A stretch of DNA of 54,934 nt, from contig JABHCP010000016.1 of the NCBI GenBank assembly GCA_018673485.1, forward strand, positions 1 through 54,934, given 5' to 3'. The DNA is from Candidatus Uhrbacteria bacterium. GTDB lineage: Bacteria > Patescibacteriota > Patescibacteriia > UBA9934. Of this stretch, positions 10,101 to 19,565 are shown piece by piece. The position numbers and the translations under genes are program-made. The notes beneath the pieces were generated by a model. The model saw only the letters and a program-made list of their open reading frames with translations. It searched no databases and was not told the origin of the DNA. Within the stretch, counting starts at the first letter, position 1. Each line of letters opens with the position of its first letter.

Positions 10101-11191
10101 TCATTTCTTGTAATAACCTCCGGAGCGTTCAAAGAATACAATCGCTTTAGACGATTATTTCTATTAATAACTCTTCGATATAAATCATTCAAGTCACTTG
10201 TTGCAAACCGACCTCCGTCGAGCGCCACCATTGGTCGCAAGTCTGCAGGAATAACTGGGATTGCACGCAAAACCATCCAATCTGGGTGAATTCCGTTCTT
10301 TTCAAGTGAATGCAGAAGTTTTAGACGACGAGTAATTCGATCATGTTTCGTACGAGACCGTGTCGCTTCAAGTTCTCCATTTAGAATCTCGATTGTTGCC
10401 TTAACATCTATTCGATCAAGCAACTTCAGGATCGCCTCGGCTCCAATGCCAGCATCAAAGATGTGACCAAAACGAATTGACCACTCTTGGTAGGTGCTTT
10501 CAGGAATTACTTTCATGATCTTCATCTCCTTAAGATCCTGATCAACTGTTAGGAAATCTTCCTCAAGCTCTTCGAGCTTTTTATCTGACAATTCTTGAAT
10601 GCGTTTTTGCTCAGCATCGATCTGCTTCTTATCATCCTTAAACTTCTCGATTACTCGACCCATGTCACGCTTTTGCTCACCCTCAATCATCTTTTTCTTT
10701 GACTTGTACTCAGCCTTAACCTGCTCAAGCGTTTGCTCGAGCGCCTCCTGGTTAATATCAGTGATGATGAAACTTGAGAAATAAATAACCTTCTCAAGAG
10801 CCTGCACTCCCATGTCCAATATTGTTCCAATCTTTGACGGAACTCCGCGTAAGAACCAAATGTGAGTCACTGGGCTCGCTAACTCAATGTGCCCCATGCG
10901 CTCGCGTCTTACAACAGCTTGAGTAACCTCTACTCCACATTTGTCGCAAATGATTCCTTTGTATCGTATTTTTTTATACTTTCCACAGTAACACTCCCAG
11001 TCCTTTGACGGTCCAAAAATTTCTTCCGCGAAAAGCCCATGCTTTTCTGGCTTCTGTGTTCTGTAGTTGATAGTCTCTGGCTTGGTGATTTCACCATATG
11101 ACCACGACCGTATGGCATCAGGTGACGCTAGCCGTAATCGGATAGAGTCAAAGTCTGTGCCTTTGAGTGTATTTAGTTGATGTATTGCCAT
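7148..11191 (-). CDS. rpoC: RNA polymerase beta' subunit
   Basis: CYCGKYK...CDKC zinc finger, NADFDGDQMAVH catalytic motif, GEPGTQLTMRTFH. Confidence 0.99.
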   Translation of the reverse strand: MAIHQLNTLKGTDFDSIRLRLASPDAIRSWSYGEITKPETINYRTQKPEKHGLFAEEIFGPSKDWECYCGKYKKIRYKGIICDKCGVEVTQAVVRRERMGHIELASPVTHIWFLRGVPSKIGTILDMGVQALEKVIYFSSFIITDINQEALEQTLEQVKAEYKSKKKMIEGEQKRDMGRVIEKFKDDKKQIDAEQKRIQELSDKKLEELEEDFLTVDQDLKEMKIMKVIPESTYQEWSIRFGHIFDAGIGAEAILKLLDRIDVKATIEILNGELEATRSRTKHDRITRRLKLLHSLEKNGIHPDWMVLRAIPVIPADLRPMVALDGGRFATSDLNDLYRRVINRNNRLKRLYSLNAPEVITRNEKRMLQEAVDSLIDNSARSSKTVIAATGRKRQLKSLADILKGKQGRFRQNLLGKRIDYSGRSVIVVGPHLSIDQCGIPKKMALELFRPFVISKLISREYVHNIRSANRFIESDRPEVWDILEEVVQGAFVMLNRAPTLHRLGIQAFRPVLVEGKAIQVHPMVCDAFNADFDGDQMAVHVPLTKEANREAEELMLSTHNLLKPSHGGPVATPGKDIAWGAYYLSMTYDEPDEENLKSFADARSAKYAYQAEKLELHKWIRARLDGEMVITTVGRIILNERFPDFVPFMNETMGKKQLANIVRETLEKHGSEYTSILLDQLKELGFKYAEKSGYSWGMSELPEIPQKKEIITDGNARIAEIDDFFSQGLLTQSERHTQIIKVWAEVKDRIADIAKGMLPSGSSAYTMIDSGARGSWGQMTQMIGMIGLKASASGETIELPVKSSFKEGVDVLEFFISSHGQRKGLTDTALKTANAGYLTRRLVDVAQDVVVRTEDCGDKEGMVVTTAQAEEMGVTIYDRILGRTALKPIIMPGGRKTIVEAGELIKEDHIRTLQSGKKDLEEAHIRYLLTCKEYGGVCKKCYGYDLAYNKPVKMGTSVGIIAAQSIGEPGTQLTMRTFHTGGVAGKDITSGLPRVEELFEARMPKQKATMTEISGSVSIERAERTIEQVGTGKKMVDVRPGQSIIRIRYTAMEEKKFSVGRGGKLMVKDGDMLRHGDVIGETTTGEKILSDVEGAVVAKKTTITVTHDAPKVREYVIPQGYTLYVKDGDEVLAGDALTEGHLDLQALFKYKGREAVQDYILKQITEVYASQGQKLNSKHIEIIARQMFSRVRILDAKDSDFLPGEVVERASMESENGRVKKDKKKVAEYEDMFLGITKVSLSTESWLSAASFQETARVLINASVTGKVDGLNGLKENVIIGRLIPAGTGYDNDYIDMPEVEEESAAVEDKDEVKIEIEAPEIIKEAEEASKDEVQDGDGDKETNEE

Positions 11192-11202
11192 ATGATTGTG
11201 CC

Positions 11203-14200
11203 TTAATGGTCGTTTTGTTGTGATTTTGTATCAATATCAATGGCAGCTCCCTTCTCTAAGAGTTCAACGTCCAAACAGAGACCCTTCAACTCACGAATGA
11301 GCACATTGAATGACTCTGGAATATTAACCTTTTTGATTGGATCTCCTTTGATGATCGCTTCATAAGCCTTTGAACGTCCTGGGACGTCATCGGACTTAAT
11401 CGTCAAAATCTCTTGTAAGGTATGCGCTGCCCCGTATGCTTCCAGTGCCCAAACTTCCATCTCTCCGAATCTCTGTCCACCAAACTGAGCCTTTCCTCCA
11501 AGTGGCTGCTGTGTGATTAAAGAGTATGGACCAATTGATCGCTGGTGCATCTTGTCCTCAATCATGTGGTTTAGCTTGAGCATGTACATCACACCAACAG
11601 TAATCTCATTATCGTACTGCTCTCCAGTTCTTCCATCGAGCAAGAACATTTTACCGCTAATGTCATGCCCCGCAGCTTCCAATTCTTTTCTAATTAGATC
11701 TTCTGATACTCCAGAGAAAACAGGTGACGCAACGTGATAACCAAGCGTGTCAGCTGCAAGACCTAGGTGAACCTCCAAAATCTGACCAAGGTTCATACGT
11801 GATACAACTCCAAGTGGAGTTAGAATAACGTCAACCGGTCGACCATCTTTTGTAAAAGGCATGTCCTCAATTGGAACAACTCTTGAGACAACGCCCTTGT
11901 TACCGTGACGTCCCGCCATCTTGTCTCCAACTTGCATCTTTCGAAGATCTGCCATTGTTACCTGGACAGACTTTACAACTCCAGCTGGCAAATTATCACC
12001 ATCCTCTCGAGAGAAAATCTTAACATCAACTACCTTTCCTTTATTTCCGTGTTGCAAGTACATTGAAGAGTCTCGAACATCGCGAGCTTTTTCTCCAAAA
12101 ATTGCCCGTAGTAACTTTTCTTCTGCTGAAAGTTCAGTCTCTCCCTTTGGTGTAATCTTTCCTACTAGAATGTCGCCCGACTTAACCTCGGCTCCGACAC
12201 GGATAATCCCTTCTGCATCCAAGTTCTTCAACTTTTCCTCAGAAACGTTTGGAATGTCTGACGTTACAACCTCAGGGCCTAGCTTTGTATCACGCACATC
12301 TAATGTGTGATGCTCAAGGTGCAAAGTTGTGAAACGATCATCTTGTACTACTTTTTCTGAAAGAATGATCGCATCCTCATAGTTGCAACCGTCCCAACTC
12401 ATGAAAGCAACCATCATGTTCTGACCAAGCGCCAACTCTCCCTCATCAACTGATGGCCCATCTGCTAGAATGTCACCCTTTTTAAAATTGTCGCCAACTT
12501 TAATGATCGGTCGCTGGTTAATTGAAGTTGAGTGGTTTGACCGTTTAAACTTATTTAATGTATATGTAACTTCTCCATCTTTTTTATATTCAACAACTAC
12601 TTTTCCGCCATCTACGTACTTAACAACACCGTCTTCACGAGCTGTAAGAACGTGTCCTGAATCAACTGCAGCTCGACGCTCTCGTCCAGTTCCGATTCTT
12701 GGCGCTTCAGGCTTAATTGGAGGTACTGCCTGACGTTGCATGTTTGATCCCATCAATGCTCGAGTTGCGTCATCGTGCTCGAGGAATGGAATTAATGATG
12801 TTCCAATAGAAACAATTTGTGCTGATGAAACATCGAGAAAATCTACCTCTTGAGCTCTTACCAATCGAGCTTCGCCATACTTTCGAGCCTCAACAGTATC
12901 TGACTCGATGTATCCGTCCTCTGTAATCTTAATAGTCGCCGGACAAGTAACAGATTTTTCTTCTTTAAATGCATTAATGTACTCAATATCATCAGTCACC
13001 TTCATTCTTCCATCTTCATTTATGACCTTTCTGTACGGGGTTTCGATAAATCCGTACTTATTGATACGCGCGTAACTCGCCAGCTGTCCCACAAGCCCAA
13101 TATTTGGTCCCTCAGGAGTCTGCACGGGACAAATTCGTCCGTAGTGAGTTGTGTGAACGTCACGAACCTCAAATCCAGCACGCTCACGTGACAAACCACC
13201 TTGCCCCAGCGCTGAAAGTCGGCGCTTGTGCTCGAGCTCAGCCAGTGGATTGGTTTGGTCCATGAACTGAGACAACTGAGAAGACATGAAGAACTCACGC
13301 GTTGATCCAATAACTGGTCGGGCATTAATCAAACGACCTGGGGTAATACTTTCAATATCGTGCGTACTCATTCGATCACGTACGATTCGCTCCATTCGAG
13401 CAAGACCAATTCTAAATCGTCCCTGAATAAGCTCACCAACTGCACGTACTCGTCTGTTTCCAAGGTGATCAACATCATCTGGTTCTTCCTGAGTGATATT
13501 TAATCGAATAATCTCACTAATAATATCTACCAAGTCTTCTTTTGTAAGGATTCTATTCGCCTCAACTGTAACGCCGTCTTCTGGGTTCTCCTTATTAAAG
13601 CGTGTATTGAATTTAAATCGTCCAACTGGCCCTAAGTCATACCGATCAAAGTTGAAGAACATTGAATGAATCAACTGCTTAGCGTTTTCTGCCGTTGCCA
13701 AGTCTCCTGGTCTAATTCTTTTATAAACTTCTTTGAGCCCCTCTTCTTCGTTTGTAGAAACATCTTTTGCAAGCGTCGTCTCTATATACTTATTCAATGG
13801 ATGAGTGTCGATGTCTTTGAAAAGATCAAGAATCTCTTCATCTGTAAAATATCCAAAAGCGCGCAAAAGTGCAGTAACTGCAACTTTTCGCTTTCTATCG
13901 ATCTTAACCCAGATCACGTTCTTGGCATCAGTTTCAAACTCCAACCATGCTCCACGATTAGGAATGATCTTAGCTCCATAATAACGGCGCCCTCGCACTG
14001 CCTCTGCAGTAAAGAATGCTCCAGCTGATCGAACTAATTGCGAAACGATCACTCGCTCTGAACCATTAATGATAAATGTACCTCTGTCAGTCATAACTGG
14101 CAGATCTCCAAGGAAAATCTCCTGCTCCTTACTGTCTTTTGTACGAAGGTTGGTTAATTTTGCCTTCACACGTAGTGGAGCCTCAAAGGTAATATTCTTG

Positions 14201-14442
14201 TCCTTTGAGGTTTTCTCATCAAATTTCGGCTCATCGATGAAATATTCACCGAATGTTAGCTCCAAATCACGACCAATGAAGTCCGCAATCGGAGAAACCT
14301 CAGATAAGAGCTCAGAAAGCCCTTCTTCAAGGAACCACTTATAAGATGATTTCTGAACCTCAATCAAATCAGGAAGGTCCATTGCCTCGCGTGTTGAATT
14401 AAAGTATTTGCGCTCACGCACGGAAGTTGATTTTTTCGCCAT
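11203..14442 (-). CDS. rpoB: RNA polymerase beta subunit
   Basis: [49 protein letters not shown]. Confidence 0.99.
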   Translation of the reverse strand: MAKKSTSVRERKYFNSTREAMDLPDLIEVQKSSYKWFLEEGLSELLSEVSPIADFIGRDLELTFGEYFIDEPKFDEKTSKDKNITFEAPLRVKAKLTNLRTKDSKEQEIFLGDLPVMTDRGTFIINGSERVIVSQLVRSAGAFFTAEAVRGRRYYGAKIIPNRGAWLEFETDAKNVIWVKIDRKRKVAVTALLRAFGYFTDEEILDLFKDIDTHPLNKYIETTLAKDVSTNEEEGLKEVYKRIRPGDLATAENAKQLIHSMFFNFDRYDLGPVGRFKFNTRFNKENPEDGVTVEANRILTKEDLVDIISEIIRLNITQEEPDDVDHLGNRRVRAVGELIQGRFRIGLARMERIVRDRMSTHDIESITPGRLINARPVIGSTREFFMSSQLSQFMDQTNPLAELEHKRRLSALGQGGLSRERAGFEVRDVHTTHYGRICPVQTPEGPNIGLVGQLASYARINKYGFIETPYRKVINEDGRMKVTDDIEYINAFKEEKSVTCPATIKITEDGYIESDTVEARKYGEARLVRAQEVDFLDVSSAQIVSIGTSLIPFLEHDDATRALMGSNMQRQAVPPIKPEAPRIGTGRERRAAVDSGHVLTAREDGVVKYVDGGKVVVEYKKDGEVTYTLNKFKRSNHSTSINQRPIIKVGDNFKKGDILADGPSVDEGELALGQNMMVAFMSWDGCNYEDAIILSEKVVQDDRFTTLHLEHHTLDVRDTKLGPEVVTSDIPNVSEEKLKNLDAEGIIRVGAEVKSGDILVGKITPKGETELSAEEKLLRAIFGEKARDVRDSSMYLQHGNKGKVVDVKIFSREDGDNLPAGVVKSVQVTMADLRKMQVGDKMAGRHGNKGVVSRVVPIEDMPFTKDGRPVDVILTPLGVVSRMNLGQILEVHLGLAADTLGYHVASPVFSGVSEDLIRKELEAAGHDISGKMFLLDGRTGEQYDNEITVGVMYMLKLNHMIEDKMHQRSIGPYSLITQQPLGGKAQFGGQRFGEMEVWALEAYGAAHTLQEILTIKSDDVPGRSKAYEAIIKGDPIKKVNIPESFNVLIRELKGLCLDVELLEKGAAIDIDTKSQQNDH

Positions 14443-14651
14443 ATAAACAAAAATCGCCTCATTACCCTCAATGAAGCTTGTTATTGGGTTGAATTTTGCA
14501 CCTCCAGAGACTGCACCAGTGTGATCACAGCGCTCGGAAGTAGGTGTTTGGGGGTCACCTGTTGTAAAACTTATTTACTAACGTTAGAGAACTTTCACCC
14601 CTTTTACATCGTAGTATGGGTGAGGATGTTCTACCTCGCTAAAGCGTCGAA

Positions 14652-14681
14652 AGTATATCAAAGTACTGTATGTTTAGTCAA
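14652..14681 (-). promoter_or_regulatory. Probable rpoBC promoter giving a ~200-nt leader
   Basis: Minus strand TTGACT-N18-TATACT with TGn extension. Confidence 0.6.
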
Positions 14682-14714
14682 ATGACGGCAGCAGATAACA
14701 GCATTCCAAAAGCC

Positions 14715-14836
14715 GTCATCCCGAGCGAAGCCGAGGGATCTGCGTCAGTAAATAGCATTATTCCATACGCGGTCATCCTGAGCGAAATTATATTGTCGCC
14801 AGGCGAAGCCTGGCCCGGCTACGCCGGGAAGGATCT
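14715..14836. repeat. REP-like elements (GTCATCCCGAGCGAAGCCGAGGGATCT family), second copy interrupted by nested hairpins
   Basis: Copy 1 at 14715-14741; copy 2 split between 14772-14786 and 14828-14836, with CCAGGCGAAGCCTGG and CCCGGCTACGCCGGG between. Confidence 0.65.
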
Positions 14837-14857
14837 CGAGAATGAAGTTTCGAGCCC

Positions 14858-15012
14858 CACGTTCCCTTCCACTCCTCCCATGAACTGCAGGGCAAGGACA
14901 CAACGTCTACCAAACCAATGCTAGTGCACAAGAGGAGAGAAATCCCTATCTATAACAGGGAACGTGCAGACACTGACCTGAAAGCCTGCGCCTCACCCCG
15001 CAGTTTATGAGA
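14858..15012 (-). ncRNA. Candidate structured RNA (long rod plus tail-loop pairing), class unknown
   Basis: ~25-bp closing helix with many G-U pairs on the minus strand; additional CACGTTCCCT/AGGGAACGTG complementarity. Confidence 0.4.
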
Positions 15013-15155
15013 AAAGCCTACAAGTACTTACCTTATGCCTGTATAATAAATCATTTCACACACCTTGAACATGTGCACAATTGCATGAATGGGTTCGTCA
15101 TGCTAGATTGAATCGTCTCCCACACCCGTTGGGCGATTGCCCCAAAGGAGCCAGC

Positions 15156-15668
15156 ATGGCACGCGATGCCGAGCAAAGCCCCGAAATCACCATCAAAGTC
15201 GGTGGTCTCTCCATCACAGCGCCAAGGCACGAGATTGGTGACACGCTCAACCAACTCACCCAGAGCGCTGACACGCTAGAGCTTGATTTCAGCGCCTCGA
15301 GCAATCAAGGTTGGGCCCTAAAAATGATGGAACTGCTGATAGAAAGACAGCGGGTCATCTGCTACTTGATGCGGCCGATCGGTGACCTTGAACTCTCAGA
15401 CGCCACACGCGCCATGATTGAGGGTCTCAACCTCATCGACGCGCCTCAGTGGGTCGTTCTAGACAGGTTCACCAATGCCAGAGCATGCGACTCGACCTCT
15501 GAAGCCACTCTCTACACTAGGCTGGCGGAAAAAGTCATGCGCGAGCTAGGCTATCAGAATACATGGGAAATTCGCTGTGCGATTATGGCCATCTCTACGG
15601 TGAAGATCCTTGAAGCTCGCAGCGCCCACGGAAGCCGCATCCTGCAAAGCCACCACACTCACTCGTAG
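15156..15668 (+). CDS. Hypothetical protein (stand-alone gene)
   Basis: AAAGGAG SD 5 nt before ATG 15156; GC-richer codons; own terminator. Confidence 0.7.
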   Translation: MARDAEQSPEITIKVGGLSITAPRHEIGDTLNQLTQSADTLELDFSASSNQGWALKMMELLIERQRVICYLMRPIGDLELSDATRAMIEGLNLIDAPQWVVLDRFTNARACDSTSEATLYTRLAEKVMRELGYQNTWEIRCAIMAISTVKILEARSAHGSRILQSHHTHS

Positions 15669-15687
15669 AGCCATACACCTACACACG

Positions 15688-15718
15688 AACCCCGCGTTCC
15701 TTGAAACGCGGGGCTTAC
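15688..15718 (+). terminator. GC-rich terminator-like hairpin
   Basis: CCCCGCGTT...AACGCGGGG stem. Confidence 0.55.
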
Positions 15719-15766
15719 TGCTTTCTAAACTTGTTCTTTGATTGCTTTTTCAAAAACTTTTAATCA

Positions 15767-17554
15767 TTATAGAGATTGTTCTTTTATAATCACAAGCGTT
15801 TGCATTGCGCGCGTGAGGCCGACATAGAAAAGATTTTTATTTATATGCCTCAACTCTTTTTGTAATTTCTTGTTTTTATGAATAGGTTGAAGAGCCTCAT
15901 CACCCACTCCGACCAAAATAACTGTATCGAACTCAACACCCTGAGCTTCCTTAATTGTCATAACTTTAACCTTCTTGCTTTTCAAATATTCATACTTGCG
16001 TAAATCCTTGTCCTCAAATCCTAGCACCCCAACAAGAAGCCCTTCTTTTTCTGATATCAGCTTATCAATGTGCAGCTTTGCTTCTTCTGATTTCTGATAT
16101 TCAAGAACTTCGGAGCCACTCGGAATCGCATCTGGTACCTCTATTTCGTATCCTTGACCCTTAATGTATTGAAGGATATTCCTAGTATTTCGATAGACTT
16201 TCTTTAATTCTGCGCATCTTTCAGATGAAAACTCTTCATCGACCTCATTCCAAATAGTCATAGTACCAATGCGCGTGCGTTGTCCTAGGTCTCCAGTGTA
16301 AAGCATTGACTTGGTATCTGGATGGAGACAGGATTTAATAGTCTGTATTTGCTTTGCTGAGTAATTTTGCACTTCATCAAGCATCACGAGTGAGTATTGA
16401 AGTGGAACTATCTCTTTCTTTCTTATCAGTCTAGAATTTTTCCCCTCAAAGTATCTTTCAATTTCTGTGAGCAATGCACCGTCTCTATTTATTATCCCTG
16501 ATTGTAAAAACGTTAGATCGAAATAATCCAGTCTATTTTCTTTCTCTTGATAGATAAGTGCTTCAACGAGCTGTTTGTCCTTTGAATAAATGCTTCTTAA
16601 CCATGCAAACGGATCAAATCCTTTTTTACTCATCTTTGGAAGCTCCTTATGTTGAATCATGGCTTTTTTAAAGCTTATTTCATTCCAATCGATTTCTATC
16701 CCACCCTCAATGCCGGTGTCACCACATATATATCCTTGAAGCCCCATCTTGGACAAAGCCCAAATTCCGTATGTTGTAATCTCAACATTGTGAATACCTA
16801 ACTCTGGTAACAAGCTTGAAAAGTACTGGCGAGTTGACTCATCTTGAACAAAAACAATTATAGGCGCCTTGCCATACAACTCTATGGTTTCTGGTGACTG
16901 CAGAAGATAAGCGATACGATGAAGTGCTAACGTTGTTTTTCCAGACCCAGCAGGGCCAGAAATAAGAAAGGAACCATCTGGATTTGCGCGTATGACCTTG
17001 TCCTGAGCTTTTTCCATTTGCGCAATAATTTCAGGAAGGACGAAACCAGTTTTACGATTTGTGAGGTATTCTTGATGGATAAGTGTGCGTTCGTATTCCC
17101 CTGACTCTGACGCCATGAAAACAATCTTTTCCTTTGATATAAGAAACTGATCCTTTCTACTAAGCTTTGCGTTTCGTTTCTCTCCAGATGACAGCGTATA
17201 TGAAACCTCACCCAGATTTTCAAAACGTATCCTTGCAGCTGGGGTGATCCATGAATAAATAGATTCCTCAATTAATGAAAACTTTCCAAAATATAGCGTC
17301 TCTTCAGCATCGCCAAATGAAACATCACAACGAGCTACAAAGGGTGATGGTTTCAAATGAAAAAGCTCATCTGCGCGATTTGCGTATATTGAACCAATCT
17401 TCTTTCTCACCGAATCATCATATTCGTGCACATTTGAATTCAGATTTTTTATCTGCTTGATTGCTTTTTTATGTTCATCGGAAATAGAGCAAACAACACC
17501 TTTTAAATGTTTTTGCGCGCTATTAAATAGATTTTTCTTTTTCTTATCGATCAT
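15767..17554 (-). CDS. HelD-like / UvrD-Rep SF1 ATPase
   Basis: IIAQMEKAQDKVIR..LISGPAGSGKTTLALHRIAYLL resembles the HelD signature; LDEVQN, GDLGQ, AQGVEFD, YVGLTRA. Confidence 0.8.
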   Translation of the reverse strand: MIDKKKKNLFNSAQKHLKGVVCSISDEHKKAIKQIKNLNSNVHEYDDSVRKKIGSIYANRADELFHLKPSPFVARCDVSFGDAEETLYFGKFSLIEESIYSWITPAARIRFENLGEVSYTLSSGEKRNAKLSRKDQFLISKEKIVFMASESGEYERTLIHQEYLTNRKTGFVLPEIIAQMEKAQDKVIRANPDGSFLISGPAGSGKTTLALHRIAYLLQSPETIELYGKAPIIVFVQDESTRQYFSSLLPELGIHNVEITTYGIWALSKMGLQGYICGDTGIEGGIEIDWNEISFKKAMIQHKELPKMSKKGFDPFAWLRSIYSKDKQLVEALIYQEKENRLDYFDLTFLQSGIINRDGALLTEIERYFEGKNSRLIRKKEIVPLQYSLVMLDEVQNYSAKQIQTIKSCLHPDTKSMLYTGDLGQRTRIGTMTIWNEVDEEFSSERCAELKKVYRNTRNILQYIKGQGYEIEVPDAIPSGSEVLEYQKSEEAKLHIDKLISEKEGLLVGVLGFEDKDLRKYEYLKSKKVKVMTIKEAQGVEFDTVILVGVGDEALQPIHKNKKLQKELRHINKNLFYVGLTRAMQTLVIIKEQSL

Positions 17555-17596
17555 ACTAAAATATTTTATCACAGTTCTGAATTAAATTTAGCCATC

Positions 17597-17628
17597 AAAA
17601 AACCCCTCGCCGTTACTTGCGAGGGATT
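17597..17628 (-). terminator. recA terminator
   Basis: CCCTCGC...GCGAGGG stem with T-tract on the minus strand. Confidence 0.65.
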
Positions 17629-17657
17629 TCTAGCTCGAAGATCGAAGTTAATCAACT

Positions 17658-18662
17658 TTAAACTTGTTCTTTGATTGCTTTTTCTGTTGCTTTGCGGATC
17701 TCTTTTAGCAGCTTCTTGTCTGCTCTTAGGAATTGTCGTGCATTCTCGCGTCCGACGCCGAGCTTTGCTTCTCCGAATGTATAAGTATTTCCTTTTTTAG
17801 TGATTGACTCAACTTGAATTCCAACATCGAGCAAATCACCGGCGACTGATATTCCTTCGTTGTACATAATATCGAACTCGCAACGTTGGAAGGGGGGCGC
17901 CACCTTGTTTTTCACAATCTTCGCCTTAACTCGGTTTCCTACGATCTGCTCTGCTTGCTTAATTTGCGCTGATCGACGTACCTCAATACGAACTGATGAG
18001 TAAAACTTCAATGCGTTTCCACCGGACGTTGTCTCTGGGTTTCCAAACATGACTCCGATCTTGTGACGAATCTGGTTAATGAATATTACAGTTGTATTAG
18101 ACTTTGAAACGATCCCCGCAAGCTTACGCAAGGCCTGACTCATCAACCGTGCCTGTAAGCCCATGTGATGGTCACCCATATCTCCTTCAATTTCTGCCTT
18201 TGGAGTAAGTGCTGCCACGGAATCAATAATAATAACATCGACCGCGCTTGACCGAACAAGCGTGTCCACGATCTCGAGTGCCTGCTCTCCCGTATCGGGT
18301 TGCGAAATAAACAATTCATCGATATTAACACCGATTTTTGCTGCGTACTCAGGATCAAGGGCGTGCTCAGCGTCAACAAACGCTGCAACACCACCAATTT
18401 TTTGAACCTCTGCAACGATGTGCTGTGCTAATGTTGTTTTTCCAGATGATTCCGGACCATAAATCTCAATAATTCGCCCACGAGGGACTCCACCGATTCC
18501 TAGCGCTAGATCTAATGAAAGACACCCAGTGGATACTGATTCAACATTCAAAGCTTTGGCGTCACCCAGGCGCATAATTGAACCTTCGCCATAACGTTGC
18601 TTGATTTGCGCTATCGCTTCATCTGCTGCTTGGAATTTTGCTTTTTGATCTTCTTTTGACAT
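17658..18662 (-). CDS. recA: Recombinase RecA
   Basis: [44 protein letters not shown]. Confidence 0.99.
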   Translation of the reverse strand: MSKEDQKAKFQAADEAIAQIKQRYGEGSIMRLGDAKALNVESVSTGCLSLDLALGIGGVPRGRIIEIYGPESSGKTTLAQHIVAEVQKIGGVAAFVDAEHALDPEYAAKIGVNIDELFISQPDTGEQALEIVDTLVRSSAVDVIIIDSVAALTPKAEIEGDMGDHHMGLQARLMSQALRKLAGIVSKSNTTVIFINQIRHKIGVMFGNPETTSGGNALKFYSSVRIEVRRSAQIKQAEQIVGNRVKAKIVKNKVAPPFQRCEFDIMYNEGISVAGDLLDVGIQVESITKKGNTYTFGEAKLGVGRENARQFLRADKKLLKEIRKATEKAIKEQV

Positions 18663-18748
18663 AGTAAACTTTTATGAATAAGACGCGCGTCCTGAGAGAA
18701 AAAAATAAAAGAACGGGTATCACGCGTCCTCCTCAACTACATTATATC

Positions 18749-19453
18749 TTATTGTGCAAAATATCCCACCTGACTTATCCACGACTGTGGATCAAATACA
18801 ACAGATCTTTCAATTATAGCTCTGCGCGAGTATCTTCGCTCAGCCTCGATAACAATGTCATTTAAACCCTGATTGAGGTCTACAATACTCTCGAACGTAA
18901 AATCATCATTAACTACGATTGGGGTTCCGTTTATATAGACGCTCGCTTCCCCTTCAACAAAACCCTGCACAGATATCATTGCATCATGGGTAAGAACATC
19001 ATCAGCTGGAGACAATAATACAATCTCCGGTGGTGAAATAATGGAGATAACTTGATATCCGATATAGGTCAAAACACACAGAAGCAAAGATGCTATCAAT
19101 CCATAACGCACAAAACGACTCCAAATATAAAATCGTTTGCTTTTCACTCTCTGTCTGGGCGAACACATTGGCTTAATCAAATCACACAACCCGCATTCCT
19201 CATCGTAAAGCTCCAAAAAGTACTTTTCATCAGCGCCAAGCACCCTTGCATACGCGCGAATGAAGTTTCTTGAATAAAGCGGTTCAGGCAAATCCTCAAA
19301 TCGACCAGACTCAAGTGCTTCCAAATAATTACGCTGAATATGAGTCTTTTTCTCCATCAAATCCAATGTGATAGCTTGATTTCTACGCAAAGCACGTAGC
19401 TTCTCAGACAAGCTCTTTGGATCTTCATCTAATTTTCGCTTTACAAAAACCAT
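18749..19453 (-). CDS. RodZ-like HTH membrane protein with C-terminal Ig-like domain
   Basis: YLEALESG..LPEPLYSRNFIRAYARVLG HTH signature, TM helix, beta-rich C-terminus. Confidence 0.8.
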   Translation of the reverse strand: MVFVKRKLDEDPKSLSEKLRALRRNQAITLDLMEKKTHIQRNYLEALESGRFEDLPEPLYSRNFIRAYARVLGADEKYFLELYDEECGLCDLIKPMCSPRQRVKSKRFYIWSRFVRYGLIASLLLCVLTYIGYQVISIISPPEIVLLSPADDVLTHDAMISVQGFVEGEASVYINGTPIVVNDDFTFESIVDLNQGLNDIVIEAERRYSRRAIIERSVVFDPQSWISQVGYFAQ

Positions 19454-19458
19454 TATTG

Positions 19459-19500
19459 AAAGGTTATAAAAGGTAAAAAAGGAATAAAAGGTTTTAAAGG
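19459..19500. repeat. Degenerate 9-bp tandem repeat (AAAGGnnnA x5)
   Basis: aaaggttat-aaaaggtaa-aaaaggaat-aaaaggttt-taaagg. Confidence 0.55.
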
Positions 19501-19565
19501 TCTACTTCGAAATAAACATCTTAAACAAGTGAGACGAAGCCGAACGATTCATCATGTTAAACATC

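Noticed and set aside
13180-13300. RpoB rifampicin-cluster differences (PLAEL, ALGQGG)
   Set aside because: Key Q, D, H, R and S contact residues are retained; resistance cannot be inferred
14670-14924. 84-aa ORF containing VIPSEAEGS / VILSE
   Set aside because: It is the translation of the REP-like repeats; no coding signals
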